Assembly (NCBI RefSeq): GCF_006345805.1
Contig: NW_021832221.1
Location: 124,001-188,000, forward strand
Source: Octopus sinensis
Taxonomy: Eukaryota
Direction: 5' to 3'
DNA: 64,000 nt
Position numbers and translations under genes: made by a program. This document shows, piece by piece, positions 51,700-64,000 of the stretch. Position 1 is the stretch's first letter. The number at the start of each line of letters is the position of its first letter. The notes below the pieces were generated by a model. The model was not told the DNA's origin. It searched no databases and worked only from the letters and a program-made list of their open reading frames with translations.

Positions 51700-52420
51700 G
51701 TCTCTCGCAAAACCGAGATGAAGATCGGAAGTACAAGGAGCCTCTGGGTTGGATTTAATCCACCCTGCCTGTAAGCCGCGGTGGGATGGACTCCGTTCTC
51801 CCGTGTCTATCGCTCTTCCTGCTTTCCTTTCGTCAACGCATCATCCCGTGTCCTCACTGACATTGTTCTCAGAAACCTACCCGAACGAAAAATTGTCAGT
51901 TTGATCACGTGGCCGCTTTGGACCTTTGGGATTCATTGTACAACAAAGACCCAGTGACCCGTTTATCCAAGCTCAATGGGATGCCATTTCTTGTGAAGCT
52001 CTTGACGTACATCTACGCAAAAATTTCGATCAGCACAGACTTGCATGTCTCCGCGCAGGCTGATACACAGGGAGTGGGGCCGGCTGGATGCTCTCCTGTC
52101 CCTTCCACCGGTAACCTATTGTCTACGTTGGATTATCATTGCCTCGGATTGGAAATCTGCGAAATACATAAATGTCGTTGTGGTGCTGTTATTGACCGTT
52201 TCGGTCTACATCCCCTTTCCTGTCGTCGCAGTGCAGGGCGCGCACCACGCCATGCAGCACTTAACGACGTTATTCATAGGGGGCTCACGGCGCTGGAATT
52301 CCATCAATCCTTGAACCCGTTGGGCTTGCGAGGGGAGACGGAAAAGACCCGACGGTGTCTATCGCTTTCCCGTTTGAGTTCGGCAAGTCTCTGATATGGG
52401 ATGCAACGTGTTTTCAACAC
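51700..52420 (+). mobile_element. CRE-like retrotransposon remnant
   Basis: 'LGLEICEIHKCRCG..GLHPLSCRRSAGR..RHAALNDVI', 'RPDG','IWDATC'. Same family as 1590-2305. Confidence 0.85.
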
Positions 52421-52793
52421 TTTCTCGGTGCTTAATCTTCCTTAATTTCTTTTTTTATTGTTATATAAAAAAAATGAGATCATCACGACCGAATGTCAAT
52501 TTTTGAAGTGAACAAATTCGCTGGTATAATTTATTTCTCAGATAAGTTAATATTCTATTGCATTTATTAATTTAAAAATTATTAATTTCTAACGGCTTTA
52601 ACGCCGTATAACGTCTTTAATAGCTCGTATTAAACCGATCACATTTGTGGTAAAAAATAAAAACTATCAATAACAATAAATGAGCATTCAATTAAAAGGA
52701 TTTTTTATAATTATTTTGTTAATAATATAAATAATGAATCTTTGTTGGGCTATTGCTACAAATTGGCGCAACCTGTCTTTAGTGATAATTAGA

Positions 52794-55700
52794 ATGGTGC
52801 AATTCTTTAAATTCAATTTTTTAAAAAGGCTTCAAAAAAGAAGACAGTTGAGGACGTATACCAAAAAGTGACCCAATTAGAACACATATTACTCCGTCCT
52901 GACACCTATGTCGGATCGGCTGACAAAGTAACCCAAGTACTTGTCTCCCATTCTAATCTACTCAAGATGCAATGGGTTTTTGACGAAACTGAACAAAAAA
53001 TGGTCCAAAGAGAGCTAACCTACGTCCCAGGACTCTACAAAATATTCGACGAAATCCTGGTCAATGCTGCAGACAACAAAGTGAGGGACGAGTCCATGAC
53101 GACCATAAAAATCGACATTGATTCGTATATTCCTTCAACATTCCAGAAAAAATAATTCAATCACGGTTTTCAACGACGGTGCCGGGATTCCAGTAGTCGA
53201 ACATAAAAAGGAGAAAATAATAGTCCCCTCCCTCATATTCGGCCATTTGCTCACATCCAGCAACTACGACGACGCGGATTATAAAATAACAGGTTCAGTC
53301 TTCCCAAGTCATTTTAGGCGGAAGAAATGGATATGGGGCTAAGCTGTGTAATATTTTCAGTACAAAGTTCACTGTGGAGACATCCTGCAAGGAATATGGC
53401 AAACAATTCAGGCAAACGTGGAGAAACAACATGACAGTGGCAGAGGAACCCAAAATCTGGCCAGCCGAAAAAAAAGACTTTACAAGAGTCCAATTCAGTC
53501 CAGATTTATCAAAGTTCAAACAGGAGACATTAGACGAGGATATTGTGGCACTCTTTTCTCGCCGTGCCTACGACATTGCTGCCACAACCAAAGGAGTGAA
53601 AGTCACCTTAAATGGTCGGTTATTGAAGGTGTAGTTGTCCGTTAATTTTAGGTTAATAATTTCCGTGATTACGTCGAGTTGTACACCAAGGATAAGACCG
53701 ACGACCTGGACCAGCCATTAAGCATTATTTACGAGCAAGTTAACAGTCGTTGGGAACTTGCCGTGGTGGCCAGTGACACGAATTTCCGCCAAGTGAGTTT
53801 TGTGAACAACATTGCCACACATCGAGTAGAAATATGTGCCTAATTCGTCAAGGGTGGGCGACACGTGGATTACATTGCCGAGCAGTTTACCCAAAAATTA
53901 TTGGAATGTGCCAAAAAGAAGCACAAAGATGCCAATTTGAAACCATCCCATGTTTTTTCCAACATTTTGAAATTTAGGTAAAAAATCACCTTTGGTTGTT
54001 CATAAATTGTCGGATAGTAAATCCGAGCTTCGACTCCCAGACCAAGGACTACATGGAGTTGGTTCCCAGGTCTTTTGGGTCCACGTGTGTATTGGGAGAC
54101 AAGTTTTTTGCCCAAGTAGTGAAAAGCCCGATAATGGACAATATTCTGAGTTGGGTGAAGGCTAAACAGCATCAGCAATTGTCCAGCAAAATCAAAGGGA
54201 CAAAAACCGTGAAGGTGAAAGGAATCCCCAAATTGGACGACGCCAACGAGGCCGGGACCAAGAACTCGTACAAATGTACACTCATTTTGACTGAGGGGGA
54301 TTCGGCGAAGGCACTGGCAATGGCCGGGTTGGGTGTGATTGGTCGAGATCACTACGGAGTGTTCCCTCTCCGTGGTAAACTATTAAATGTCCGCGATGCC
54401 TCACACAAACAAGTACAGGACGGGAAATGTGATTGTAGATTATGGCGAATCAGGAAATTGTCAATTTGACTAAAATTATTGGATTGCAGTTCAAAGAGAC
54501 GTACATTGAGCCAGTCAAACTGCAATCTCTTCGGTATGGGAAGATTATGATCATGGCCGACCAAGACCAGGACGGCTCCCACATCAAAGGATTGGTTATT
54601 AACGCAATCCACTTCTTTTGGCCACAGTTAATAAAGAAGGATTTTATAGAAGAGTTTATCACGCCAATAATCAAAGTAGAATATTCTAATTTGAATGTTT
54701 AGGTGAGCAAAGGAAGACAGGAAAAGTCTTTTTTTACAATTCCTGAGTTTGAGAGTTGGAAGGCGAGTTGTGCTGACTGGCATACGTGGAGGATGAAGTA
54801 CTACAAGGGATTGGGGACTTCCACGTCTAAGGAGGCCAAGGAGTATTTTTCCAACATGGACAGGCATAAGATCGCCTTGGAATATTCGAATGTAGATGAC
54901 GACAATGCGATTGATTTGGTGTTTCGATTATTCTCATTTTAGGCGTTTTGTAAGAAGAGAGTGGAGGATAGAAAGTCGTGGCTGACCAGTTGGATGGAGG
55001 AGTGTCGTTCGAGAGAGGAAATGGGCCTCCCCGAGCAGTATTTGTACCAAGCCGACACAAAAAAGATAACCTACAACCAATTCATAAACAAGGAATTGAT
55101 ATTGTTCAGCAATACCGACAATGTCCGTTCAATTCCCTCACTCGTCGATGGTTGGCACACATTTTAATTGTAGGCTTCAAACCTGGACAGAGGAAAGTGA
55201 TGTTTACATGTATTAAGCGGAATATTCACAAGGAGATCAAAGTAGCTCAATTGGCCGGATCAGTGGGCGAACTGTCGTCTTATCACCACGGAGAAGTGTT
55301 TCTGTCGTTTCAAGTCTTAGCAATCCCTGATGAGCACGATTGTGAACTTGGCCCATAATTTTGTGGGGAGTAATAATCTTAATTTGTTACTTCCGGTTGG
55401 TCAATTCGGGACGAGACTTCACGGAGGGAAGGACGCGGCGAGTGCACGATATATTTTTACATGTTTAAGGTAGTGGGTATAAGAGAGGGTTAGTCCATTG
55501 ACTCGGCACGTCTTCAATAAACAGGATGACAATATATTGAATTATATATACGATGATGGACAGTACATTGAGCCAACGTACTATGTCCCGATCATTCCGA
55601 TGGTGTTGGTTAACGGAGCTGACGGAATTGGGACAGGGTGGAGTACTCATATTCCCAATTATGACATTCGGGCGATTGTTGGCAATATTCGTCGGTTGAT

Positions 55701-57338
55701 CAGGGGGGAGGAATTGGTCTCCATGGTATGCTCTTAGTGATATGGTCAGACACCAAGTTACAAGAATTTCCGTGGGAGTATTGAGCAGGTGAGTCGGGAT
55801 AAGTATGTGGTGAGTGGAGAGGTGGGTGTTATTGACGATCGGACTATTGAAATCACGGAATTGCCAATAAAAACGTGGACTCAGTTGTACAAGGAGGACG
55901 AGTTAGAACCATTGGTGAATGGTGGAGAGAAAGTGACTCCAATCATCAGGTTAGTGATGATAATCCATTCTAGTGATTACAAGGAGTACAATACTGATTC
56001 GACAGTCCGCTTTGTGGTAAAACTGAAGGAAGATGTCTCCAAATTTGAGGAGAAGGGACTCCACAGTGTGTTTAAATTACAATCCACTATATCGACCAGT
56101 TCAATGGTAGTATTTGACTGTCATCCACAAGGTTCTTTTCGATTCGGGTGGAGTTCTCAAAAAGTACAAATCTGCTGAAGAAATAATGCATGAGTTTTTT
56201 GTAGTTCGACTACGATACTACAAACTACGGAAGGAATATATGGAAGGCATTTTGGGAGCAGAGACTTTGCGGTTAAAGAACCAGGCACGTTTTATAAGTG
56301 AAAGACTGGGAGGGAAGATCGCGATTGGTAGAGAGGACTCTTATTTGTAGAAAACAAATCTCGGAAGGACATTGTACAGTTGCTTGTCTCTAAAAAATAC
56401 GACGCGGACCCAGTAAAGGCGTGGAATGACAAAAATGGCAAAAACCGAAAGACCCACGTGGATGTTGTAAGTTTTGTGATTGGAGGGCAGGACGAATTGG
56501 GGGAGGAAGAGAAGACGGAGACGGGAGGGGATTACAATTATATTATGAAGATGCCGTTGTGGTGTTACAGCAAAGATGACCACGACGATCTGATGAGAAG
56601 GAGGGACTTGAAAATAGCAGAATTGGAGGATTTGAGGAAGAAGACGCCGTCTGATTTGTGGAACATTGATTTGGACGCGTTTGAGGTGGAGTTGGACAAG
56701 GTGGAGAAGGCGGAGATTGAGGACGCCAAACCTCCAGAGGGAGGACAGTCCGGACCCAAAGGCAAGAAAAGGGGGAAGGGCAATCCAGCCTCCCAGAACA
56801 ATCTTCCGTCATCCATGGCCACTAGAGTGATCCCGGCCATTCAGTCATATGTCAAGAAGTACATGGCACAGACTCTCACGCAGGAGAAACGTGATCAGAA
56901 GAAGAAGGACAAGTTGTCCGGAGAAATTGTCACCAAGTCGCAGAAAAGACAGAAAGTCGGTTTTTGTCTGGCATTTTTAGTCGTCGGCCAAGAATGATGA
57001 TCTCCCATTGGCAAAAAGATTGGGAAGTGCAGCGGCAGGAATGAAGTCGTCGAGTATGTTTGATGAGTGAGGTTGTAGATGCGGATATTCGGGCATTTAT
57101 GAAGTCTGCTGTGAATAGTATTAGGAATTAGTTATGGGTTGTAGATGTTAAGAGTGACGAGGATTCTGGACCTCCTCCCCGAAAATTGTTGCCCAGTCGA
57201 ACTGCCAAGATTGTTACTGATGTGGTTGATATCATTTCTGATGATGAACAATGTTCGTTGAATATTGTGTCCCGGAAGAAGCATGTTATATCGAGTGATG
57301 AGGATATTTCGGCTAGTGTTGAATCGTCCTCTGAGTAG
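52794..57338 (+). CDS. TOP2: DNA topoisomerase II
   Basis: '[15 protein letters not shown]','[13 protein letters not shown]','LILTEGDSA','[10 protein letters not shown]','[12 protein letters not shown]','YYKGLGTS','ASARYIFT'. Many tiny introns, and the first coding exon appears to be ATG alone. Confidence 0.97.
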
Positions 57339-57639
57339 TCTCGAATTTTCATTCTTTTTCGTTTTTATAAATGCTTCAAATGTTTAAATAGTGGATAATT
57401 ATCAGTTTATATCTTAGTATTTTACCTATGGATTTTGTACAGTCAGGAATTTTATATTGCCATGTTAAATCACTATAAAATCGACCACTAATTTAGTTTA
57501 TAAGCATTTGGTTGCTTTTTGCGTTTTTTCCATAACGAAAATTTTTTGAGAAAAAATTGGCCACTTTTAAATTTTCTAAGATAGTAAAAAGTTCTGCTTA
57601 TGAAGCAACTGAGGCCTTCTTCGAACTAGTGACATACCT

Positions 57640-57930
57640 CTTTTGTGAATTAGGTTAGCTATTTAATTGCCAAAATGGGTGAAGCGCATTCGAATGGCGA
57701 AACACTGATTAAACCATGCGTAAAAAGATTTTTCAATGTTTTTTTTGGTGATGATTCTAAAAAGATTACCAGTTTCGATGACATATTTATGTGAATCTAC
57801 ATTTTTGTTATACACTCCGACCAAAACAAAATACAGGAATCAATTAGATGCGTCGGCTGACATGAGAGTCGATTCTCAAGTTTATGAGAAACCATTGAAC
57901 GTTCAAAATAACAAACATCGATATACTTAA
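57640..57930 (+). mobile_element. Buster transposase fragments
   Basis: 'H..GETLIKPC' and 'TYLCESTF..KTKYRNQLD..DMRV'. Confidence 0.65.
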
Positions 57931-57959
57931 ACAGTTGAATACAAATATTTTGCTTGAAG

Positions 57960-60400
57960 GGACAAATCCTAAAACAGATCAATAATACAAATATTCTGCT
58001 ATTGATTCCGATCAATAAATAGATAGATTCTTCAATGGCCTGCCGTATTTCCCAAAATTTAATCTCCCCCCAACTTGAGACTGGGCTTCCTGCAGGATTT
58101 TCTAGTATTGCTTTGAGTAGAACCACGCTGGATAGTTTTGCCTGAAAGGGGAAGGTACAGTTTACCCTCTATTGCTCGCAATTCTATTGCTCGCCATTCT
58201 ATAACTCGCCACTTTTTTGGAAAAAATGCCATTTTACTAAGGAAATTCCATTGCTCGCCAATTCTCTTACTCGCCACGTTTTAATATTAAAAATATTAAA
58301 TTTATTATTAAAAAAATAATTTTTTCAAATATTTATACCGCGTGTTTTTTTTGTAACATGAAGAAGTGCTCAAGATTATCTTATGATCAAAAAAGAGAAA
58401 TTATAAATTATCTTATTGATAATTCTTCTCTAAGTCTAAGGCGTCTTTCAGAAATTTTTTCGTCGCGTTTCAAAAAATCAATTTCGAGACGTGCAATTAA
58501 CGATCTTAAATTGAACAAACAGAAGATTCTTGGAATTAATCCAATTTATGGGAGAAGTTCTCGTTTTTCGAAACTTAGATATTGGAAATATTTAACGAAT
58601 GGTTGTATAATTGGAACAAGACTCTCAAACAAAAACAAAAAAAGATACTTTTGGTTGTAGACCATTGTCCTTCGCATAGAATAACAATCGAATTAAGTAT
58701 GATAGAAGTTTTATATTTACCAAAAAACACGACTACTGTGCTTCAACCGATGGATCAAGGAATCATTAGATCATTCAAATCTCATTTCAACAAATTTAAA
58801 TTTAAACATATAATTGAACAAATAAACTACGGTGACGCAACTATTGAATGCTATAAAAAATTAACCCTGAAAGATGCAGTCTTATTTTCTTATCTAGCCT
58901 GGAAAGAAGTGTGTCAGTGGATACAATATCAAAATGTTTTCAGCACGCCAAATGGGAAAACAGAATTGAAGAACCTATTACGGGAGACCATAAAATAAAA
59001 AATTTCGAACAAATTATAGAAAAATTAATGATCACAGATCCCATAAAAGAGGAGGAGTTTATAGACTTTACGTACTCTAAAATGACGAACTTCATGAATT
59101 TGTTCAAAACAATAACTATGAAAATAACGATGAAAATGCAATTTTAGACAGTTCAATTACTGAAGATTGTGAAAGAAAACAACTGTATTACACATCGAGA
59201 TGCGATAAAATGTATTTCGGACCTCAAAAAATATTTTTCACATGACGATAATTTGATGTGAAATGCTAGAAAGTTTATTAAAAATGCAAAAAAATATAGA
59301 GAAAAGATCATACAAAAAAACTATAAATGATTACTTTACTTAAAATTTTGGTTTTTTAAATAAATGTTTCGGCTATTTATTAAATGTTTAGATAGTTAAA
59401 AATTATAGAAATTTTTTGTTGATAGAAAATAGGATATTGATTATTTTTCTTACTCGCCAAATTCTCTTAGTCGCCAATTTTGGCTTGGTCCCAAAAATGG
59501 CGAGCAATAGAGGGAAGACTGTACTTGGATCCAGACGCATACTTTTTAAAAGACGGAGAGCGGCAATGACTTTTCATTTTTTTTCCTTGATATATAAGTA
59601 GTAATTCGAGTTAGCGTGGATTGTAGCGTAAGCACTTAGGCCTAGGAATTTTACTGGGGCCCGGTCTCTAATCTAATGGCTTTCTTTCGTTGATTTGGAT
59701 ATAGGAAGATATGTCCATGGCTAGCGAGTGAAGCTTACTGATGGACCACTTCTTTATCACCTCATTGGAACTGAAAAGCCGTTTTAAAGGCTTTTGCGTC
59801 TTTTGAAGTGTTTAGAACAAGGAAGTTGTCAGCGTATAAGAGAAAGATTGTCTGGGGGTTGGGTTAAGGGAACTGCTCATTACCAAGTTGAATAGAAGTG
59901 GACTAGACAAGACTTTTTTGTCACCCCTCTTCGAAGCGTTGTGTTTCTTGAGTGAGAGTCAGATTTAAATAAGAATGAGTAGCGGTTTGAGAGAAGGCAC
60001 CGTAGCAGAGAAAGGGCTTTACTGTTGGCCCTTTTGGGAGTTCACTAGAGTCAAGGATTGTACGTGGCTATTAAATCACAACCTTGCTACGTTCCTAAAC
60101 ACGCCTCTTTGATTTTGGCCAAGTGTACCGCGAATATGTTTGGAATTTTTCCTGCGAGGTAGGCATGCCGGATTGATTACAAACCTCGGCAGAGAGGAGG
60201 TTTATTACTTTATTGAAACAGTCGCTATGGTCAAAATCTTTACAAGACTTTTACTATTTTCTGACTGCGTCGAGCTTCATCGTGTGGTTTAGTTTTCCAC
60301 CGATTTCAGAGATCATGTCTTTAAGCGTACCCGGTCGGTGGGGAACACAGCGTCTGAGTTTATTTTTCAAGCGTTTTCTCTTGTTGAGCAGGTTCGTCAC
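57960..60400 (-). mobile_element. Degenerate LINE RT (same family as 1-845), interrupted by a pogo element
   Basis: 'LLYADNFLVL'. Nucleotide match to about 430-840 on both sides of the pogo insertion. Confidence 0.75.
58158..59521 (+). mobile_element. pogo/Tigger transposon, deletion derivative
   Basis: TIRs cagtttaccctctattgctcgc / gcgagcaatagagggaagactg with TA duplication. HTH-like N-terminus and 'VDHCPSH..LQPMDQGIIRSFK' (D30D). Confidence 0.93.
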
Positions 60401-61143
60401 TTTGGCGTTTGATTGATCTTCTGCACGTGGTCAGGACGTGGCTTGGTTGTGTAGATGATAGACATTGATTCATAAAGAGTGTTAACTACAGTCTTACAAG
60501 GCAATTTTGAGTTACTCACTGTTTCGACATCTGTCTTCTTAATGTTTTAGGAATAAAAATAGGACAATAAGAATGTAAAATGTATTCTTGGAAAATTTTT
60601 ATTATTATTCAAATGAAAAAATTACGTAAAGTTCACTCAGAGGATTTTGTCATACTTTGACCAAATAAACAAATTTTAAATTTCAAAAATAAATTAAATA
60701 TACGACGTCAGTGATAATGGCTGTGATGAAAACCCCTTAGACTCCTCATATTTTGAATGCCATTTGGCAAAAAACTATGATCCGAAAGAGATTTGTACTT
60801 GTTTTATAGCACAGTCTGACTCGCTTGCAGCGTGCACTGGGGATTCTGTGTACGAGATTATGTTTAAGAACATGTCCGCGCACTTTAAATCCCACACATT
60901 TGACCGGCTTCTTTAGATATATACATCCCTTTAGGTGATTTTTCATTACCACATTAAATTACTATAAAATCGACCACCAATTTAGTTTATAAGCATTTGG
61001 TTGCTTTTTGCATTGTCTACATAAAGTTTTTTTAGTTGTAATTTTAGAGATCGATTGTGAATTATGTAAGTTATTTTTTAACGAATTTATTATTAAACCA
61101 AGACACTAATTTATTCAAAAAATAAAGCTTTCAGTGACTTTAA

Positions 61144-63133
61144 TCAGGGGGACATGTCCACCTGATATTCATCTCGAAAGTTTTCGTAAATCTGCAAACC
61201 AGGAAATCTAAATGCCGACCGATCACAAATGGGTTTATTTTCTGGCTTCATCTTTCTTCTGCCATAATAATAAATGGGGAATAACAAGGCCAAAACAGCG
61301 ATCCCAAGAGTCACTAAATATTACAGTCTGGCAAGCGTACAACATGCAACGATCTCGCTCCAACTGAACCGAGAATTGTACAGAGAGGCCTCTAAAAGTC
61401 AAAATTATGTGGCAACTTGAATTCGATTTGTAATTCTGGTGGAATTTGAAATTTTTGGGTTTTTGAATTGACTCGAAATGGAGTGAACCGTTTTTTGAAA
61501 TGTGCCGAACTAATTCGTCCATCGAAGAGGACCGATGAAACTTCCATTTCTCCGACTCTGTAAAACTGTGGGTGATCACCAAAACGCTAACTCCGAGTGG
61601 AAATCTGCATAATCACTCACAAGCTCAATCAGTTGTTCTCTGACGGGTAAACCAACGTATCCATCAAATGGAGAAAACCCCTTAATTTTAAAGGCGAAAA
61701 AACAACCGAGGCCTTGTTTTCGAGGCAACTGGTCGTTGGAGTGTCAAACTCGACAAACGTCGTTTCCCTCAAAACGTCGAAAGAAGAGTCCCAAAGTGCG
61801 AACATTCCACACGACTCCAATATAAATCGACAAAATATATTTCCGTAATTTTTTAGCCCCAAATCAAAATAAAACTCAAAAATTTTCTGAGCCGTCACTT
61901 TGGTGTATTTTCTAAACTGATTAGCAGGAAAATCCGACTCTTCCAGGCCGAATTTAAGCAGCACTGCACTCAAAGCGGTACTCAAATCTTGCTCAGAAAC
62001 GGGCGGGTAATTGTCTCCTGAGTACCACTGTCTGGCCATTCCACATCCATCACAGAAAGAAAAGCCAAAAAATAATTTCAAATTCCAACCGTAAATCACA
62101 CGAAGAAAAAAAAGGTTCTTGAATGGCTGTTGGTCTGTCTTTGCACTGGGAAACCAGGGACCGACAGAATTAGCAACCGCTTTCAAATCGGAAATTTTTT
62201 TCACGTTTTTCTATAAATACAATTTGTTACAAAATAATTATACAAGTTTGTTTCTTAGACAGGAAGACTCTGTACAGTTGTAGTAAGCATAAAGTTTGGT
62301 GCTTTGAAGGGAGGCGAGGAAAGTGGAGTCGAGTACCAGAGATGGTCCAAACAAAGCGTAATATCCCGAATACAAACGTTCAGTCATCGCCAAGTATAGG
62401 AGATCTGTGGCACTACTGTAATGTCCACTGTAGAAAATCCTCTCCATTGACACACAGAAAAGTTTGCTCAACTGAATAATCCTTAAATTGGCCATGGTTA
62501 AATCCTCGAACCCCAGATTTTCAAATTCAGGAATAATACTTATTAAATCACAAAAAATACTTTAAAAACCCCAAAAAACCCGACCGATAGTAGACAATGT
62601 AGACTAGTGCCCCACTCTCCCTAACAAGCCTAAAAGCGTCCTCAGTCAGACCCCGACGGTCTCTGTCAAGAACGTCCACATGCCATACAAAAGCAAAGGA
62701 CGCGGGTTTGTCCTTGTAACAATTTATTTGCTGTTTTTGACTTTCGTCGTTAGTCGGAACAAACAAGTCGAAATCCAAACAGTATTTTCCTGAGAATGGA
62801 ATTCCTTTTTCTCCCAGACACAAGTCAGGGTTGTCGGTCCTCGTTTGGAAGGTTCCTTTCATTACACGGCCGTGGATTTCAACGGGTCGTTTATAAAATT
62901 GTGGGTTGTTGTTGAGAATGAGTGGCAAGGAGTATGGAATTCCGTAGAAGTAAGCCACGTTTTGACTTCCTGGTTGTTTATTTATCTAGAATTGTGTGAT
63001 TGGCTGATATTTTACTTTTCCCTCTAAGGAAAATGTCTTGAAATTGAAGACTACATTCTGATCCGATGAGAATAGGGGGAGTGTAAGCACTATAAATGAA
63101 ATCTTGTGTTAATAATGATTGTATTCTAACCAT
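61144..63133 (-). CDS. Type I membrane carboxylesterase/cholinesterase-like protein lacking the catalytic Ser (neuroligin/CLAM-like architecture)
   Basis: Spliced signal peptide 'MISFIVLTLPLFSS', 'YFYGIPY', 'YCLDFDLFVP', 'YRSGFLGFL', 'NLGFEDL'. GHYSS replaces GESAG. TM helix 'IVACLTLGIAVLALLFPIYYY' then RRK and a short tail. Confidence 0.75.
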
Positions 63134-64000
63134 ATCTTAACAAAAGTTCCAAGTTATAGAATTTATTCAAAATCGATTGTACACATGTATTTAATAAATA
63201 AATAATTATAATTATTTTAATTTAAAATCATTAAAATTGAGTTTTTTGATATTAAAAGTTTGTGATAAAAATTACCTGAAGATGCGCAATTTAATTCGAT
63301 AGTTCACCTTGAATCCACTTTCTGACATTGTAATATGAGAGATACCAATTTCTATAAATTAATGTCATACCACAATCGTGATATTTAAGAAATTTAGATA
63401 TGAATGGGCGGATTTTTACATTTAGAAATTCATTTTTTATCAACTTTAGACAATTTTCAAAATTCAATCGAAAGATCGAAATTTTTGTAATCGAATATTA
63501 CTTAATTACCAAGGTTGAGAGTCGACTTTTTGATATTAAATTTGAATTTGTAAATCGAACATTTGCAATGTCTTGCTGCTGTAAATTAATCATTTTTTAA
63601 GTAGTTTGTGGTCTACTTTTTGTTAATATCAGCTTTATCGTTTTTATGAAATCACAAGAATACCGCTCCTATGATGGCTTGTGTGGCAATTTTCATGTTT
63701 TCAATGAACGAACACTTTCTATTATGTTTTAACCATATCTTTTTAAATCTTACAATGGAGCCTTCACTTAGCGATTCTAAAGAGGAGAAAACAGTCGTGA
63801 AAATTTCATTAGACGCGCAACAGCTTATCCCTAAAAACGCATTGAGAAGTACATTTGCACTTTATTCTAATTCTCAAATTTTACTTAGAGTACTATGATA
63901 ACTCTGTTAAAAAGTAAAGTACCCACTTCAGGAATTAAGTACTCTTTACAGCGTCTAAAAAATCAAACATATCTAATGTCTTAATAGCTGTATTAATCAA

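Overview
Eukaryotic (animal-like) genomic DNA: AT-rich, gene-dense islands separated by nested transposon remnants. Host genes are broken by many tiny GT-AG spliceosomal introns, mostly 23-30 nt in those I resolved by hand. Tiny introns plus a ciliary gene (SPEF2) fit a highly reduced ciliated animal such as a dicyemid, but that assignment is inference. Recognisable genes: CDKL kinase, CNPY3/4-like, a bZIP factor, AK6, SPEF2, PRPF3, SDHB, CTU1, a catalytically degenerate ThrRS-like gene, a truncated U2AF1, TMEM14, RPL21, TOP2, and a membrane-anchored inactive carboxylesterase-like gene. Transposons include hAT (Buster and Ac types), Tc1, pogo, Ginger-like integrase elements, and CRE-, RTE-, RLE- and Jockey/I-like LINEs. 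The most striking observation is two independent FLYWCH-MULE (Mutator-like) insertions with related termini. Each is flanked by a 79-bp direct duplication of unrelated target DNA instead of the usual 8-11 bp TSD. That length is about one nucleosomal superhelical turn and suggests an unusual long-stagger integration mechanism. Coordinates were counted by hand; boundaries of degenerate remnants are approximate.
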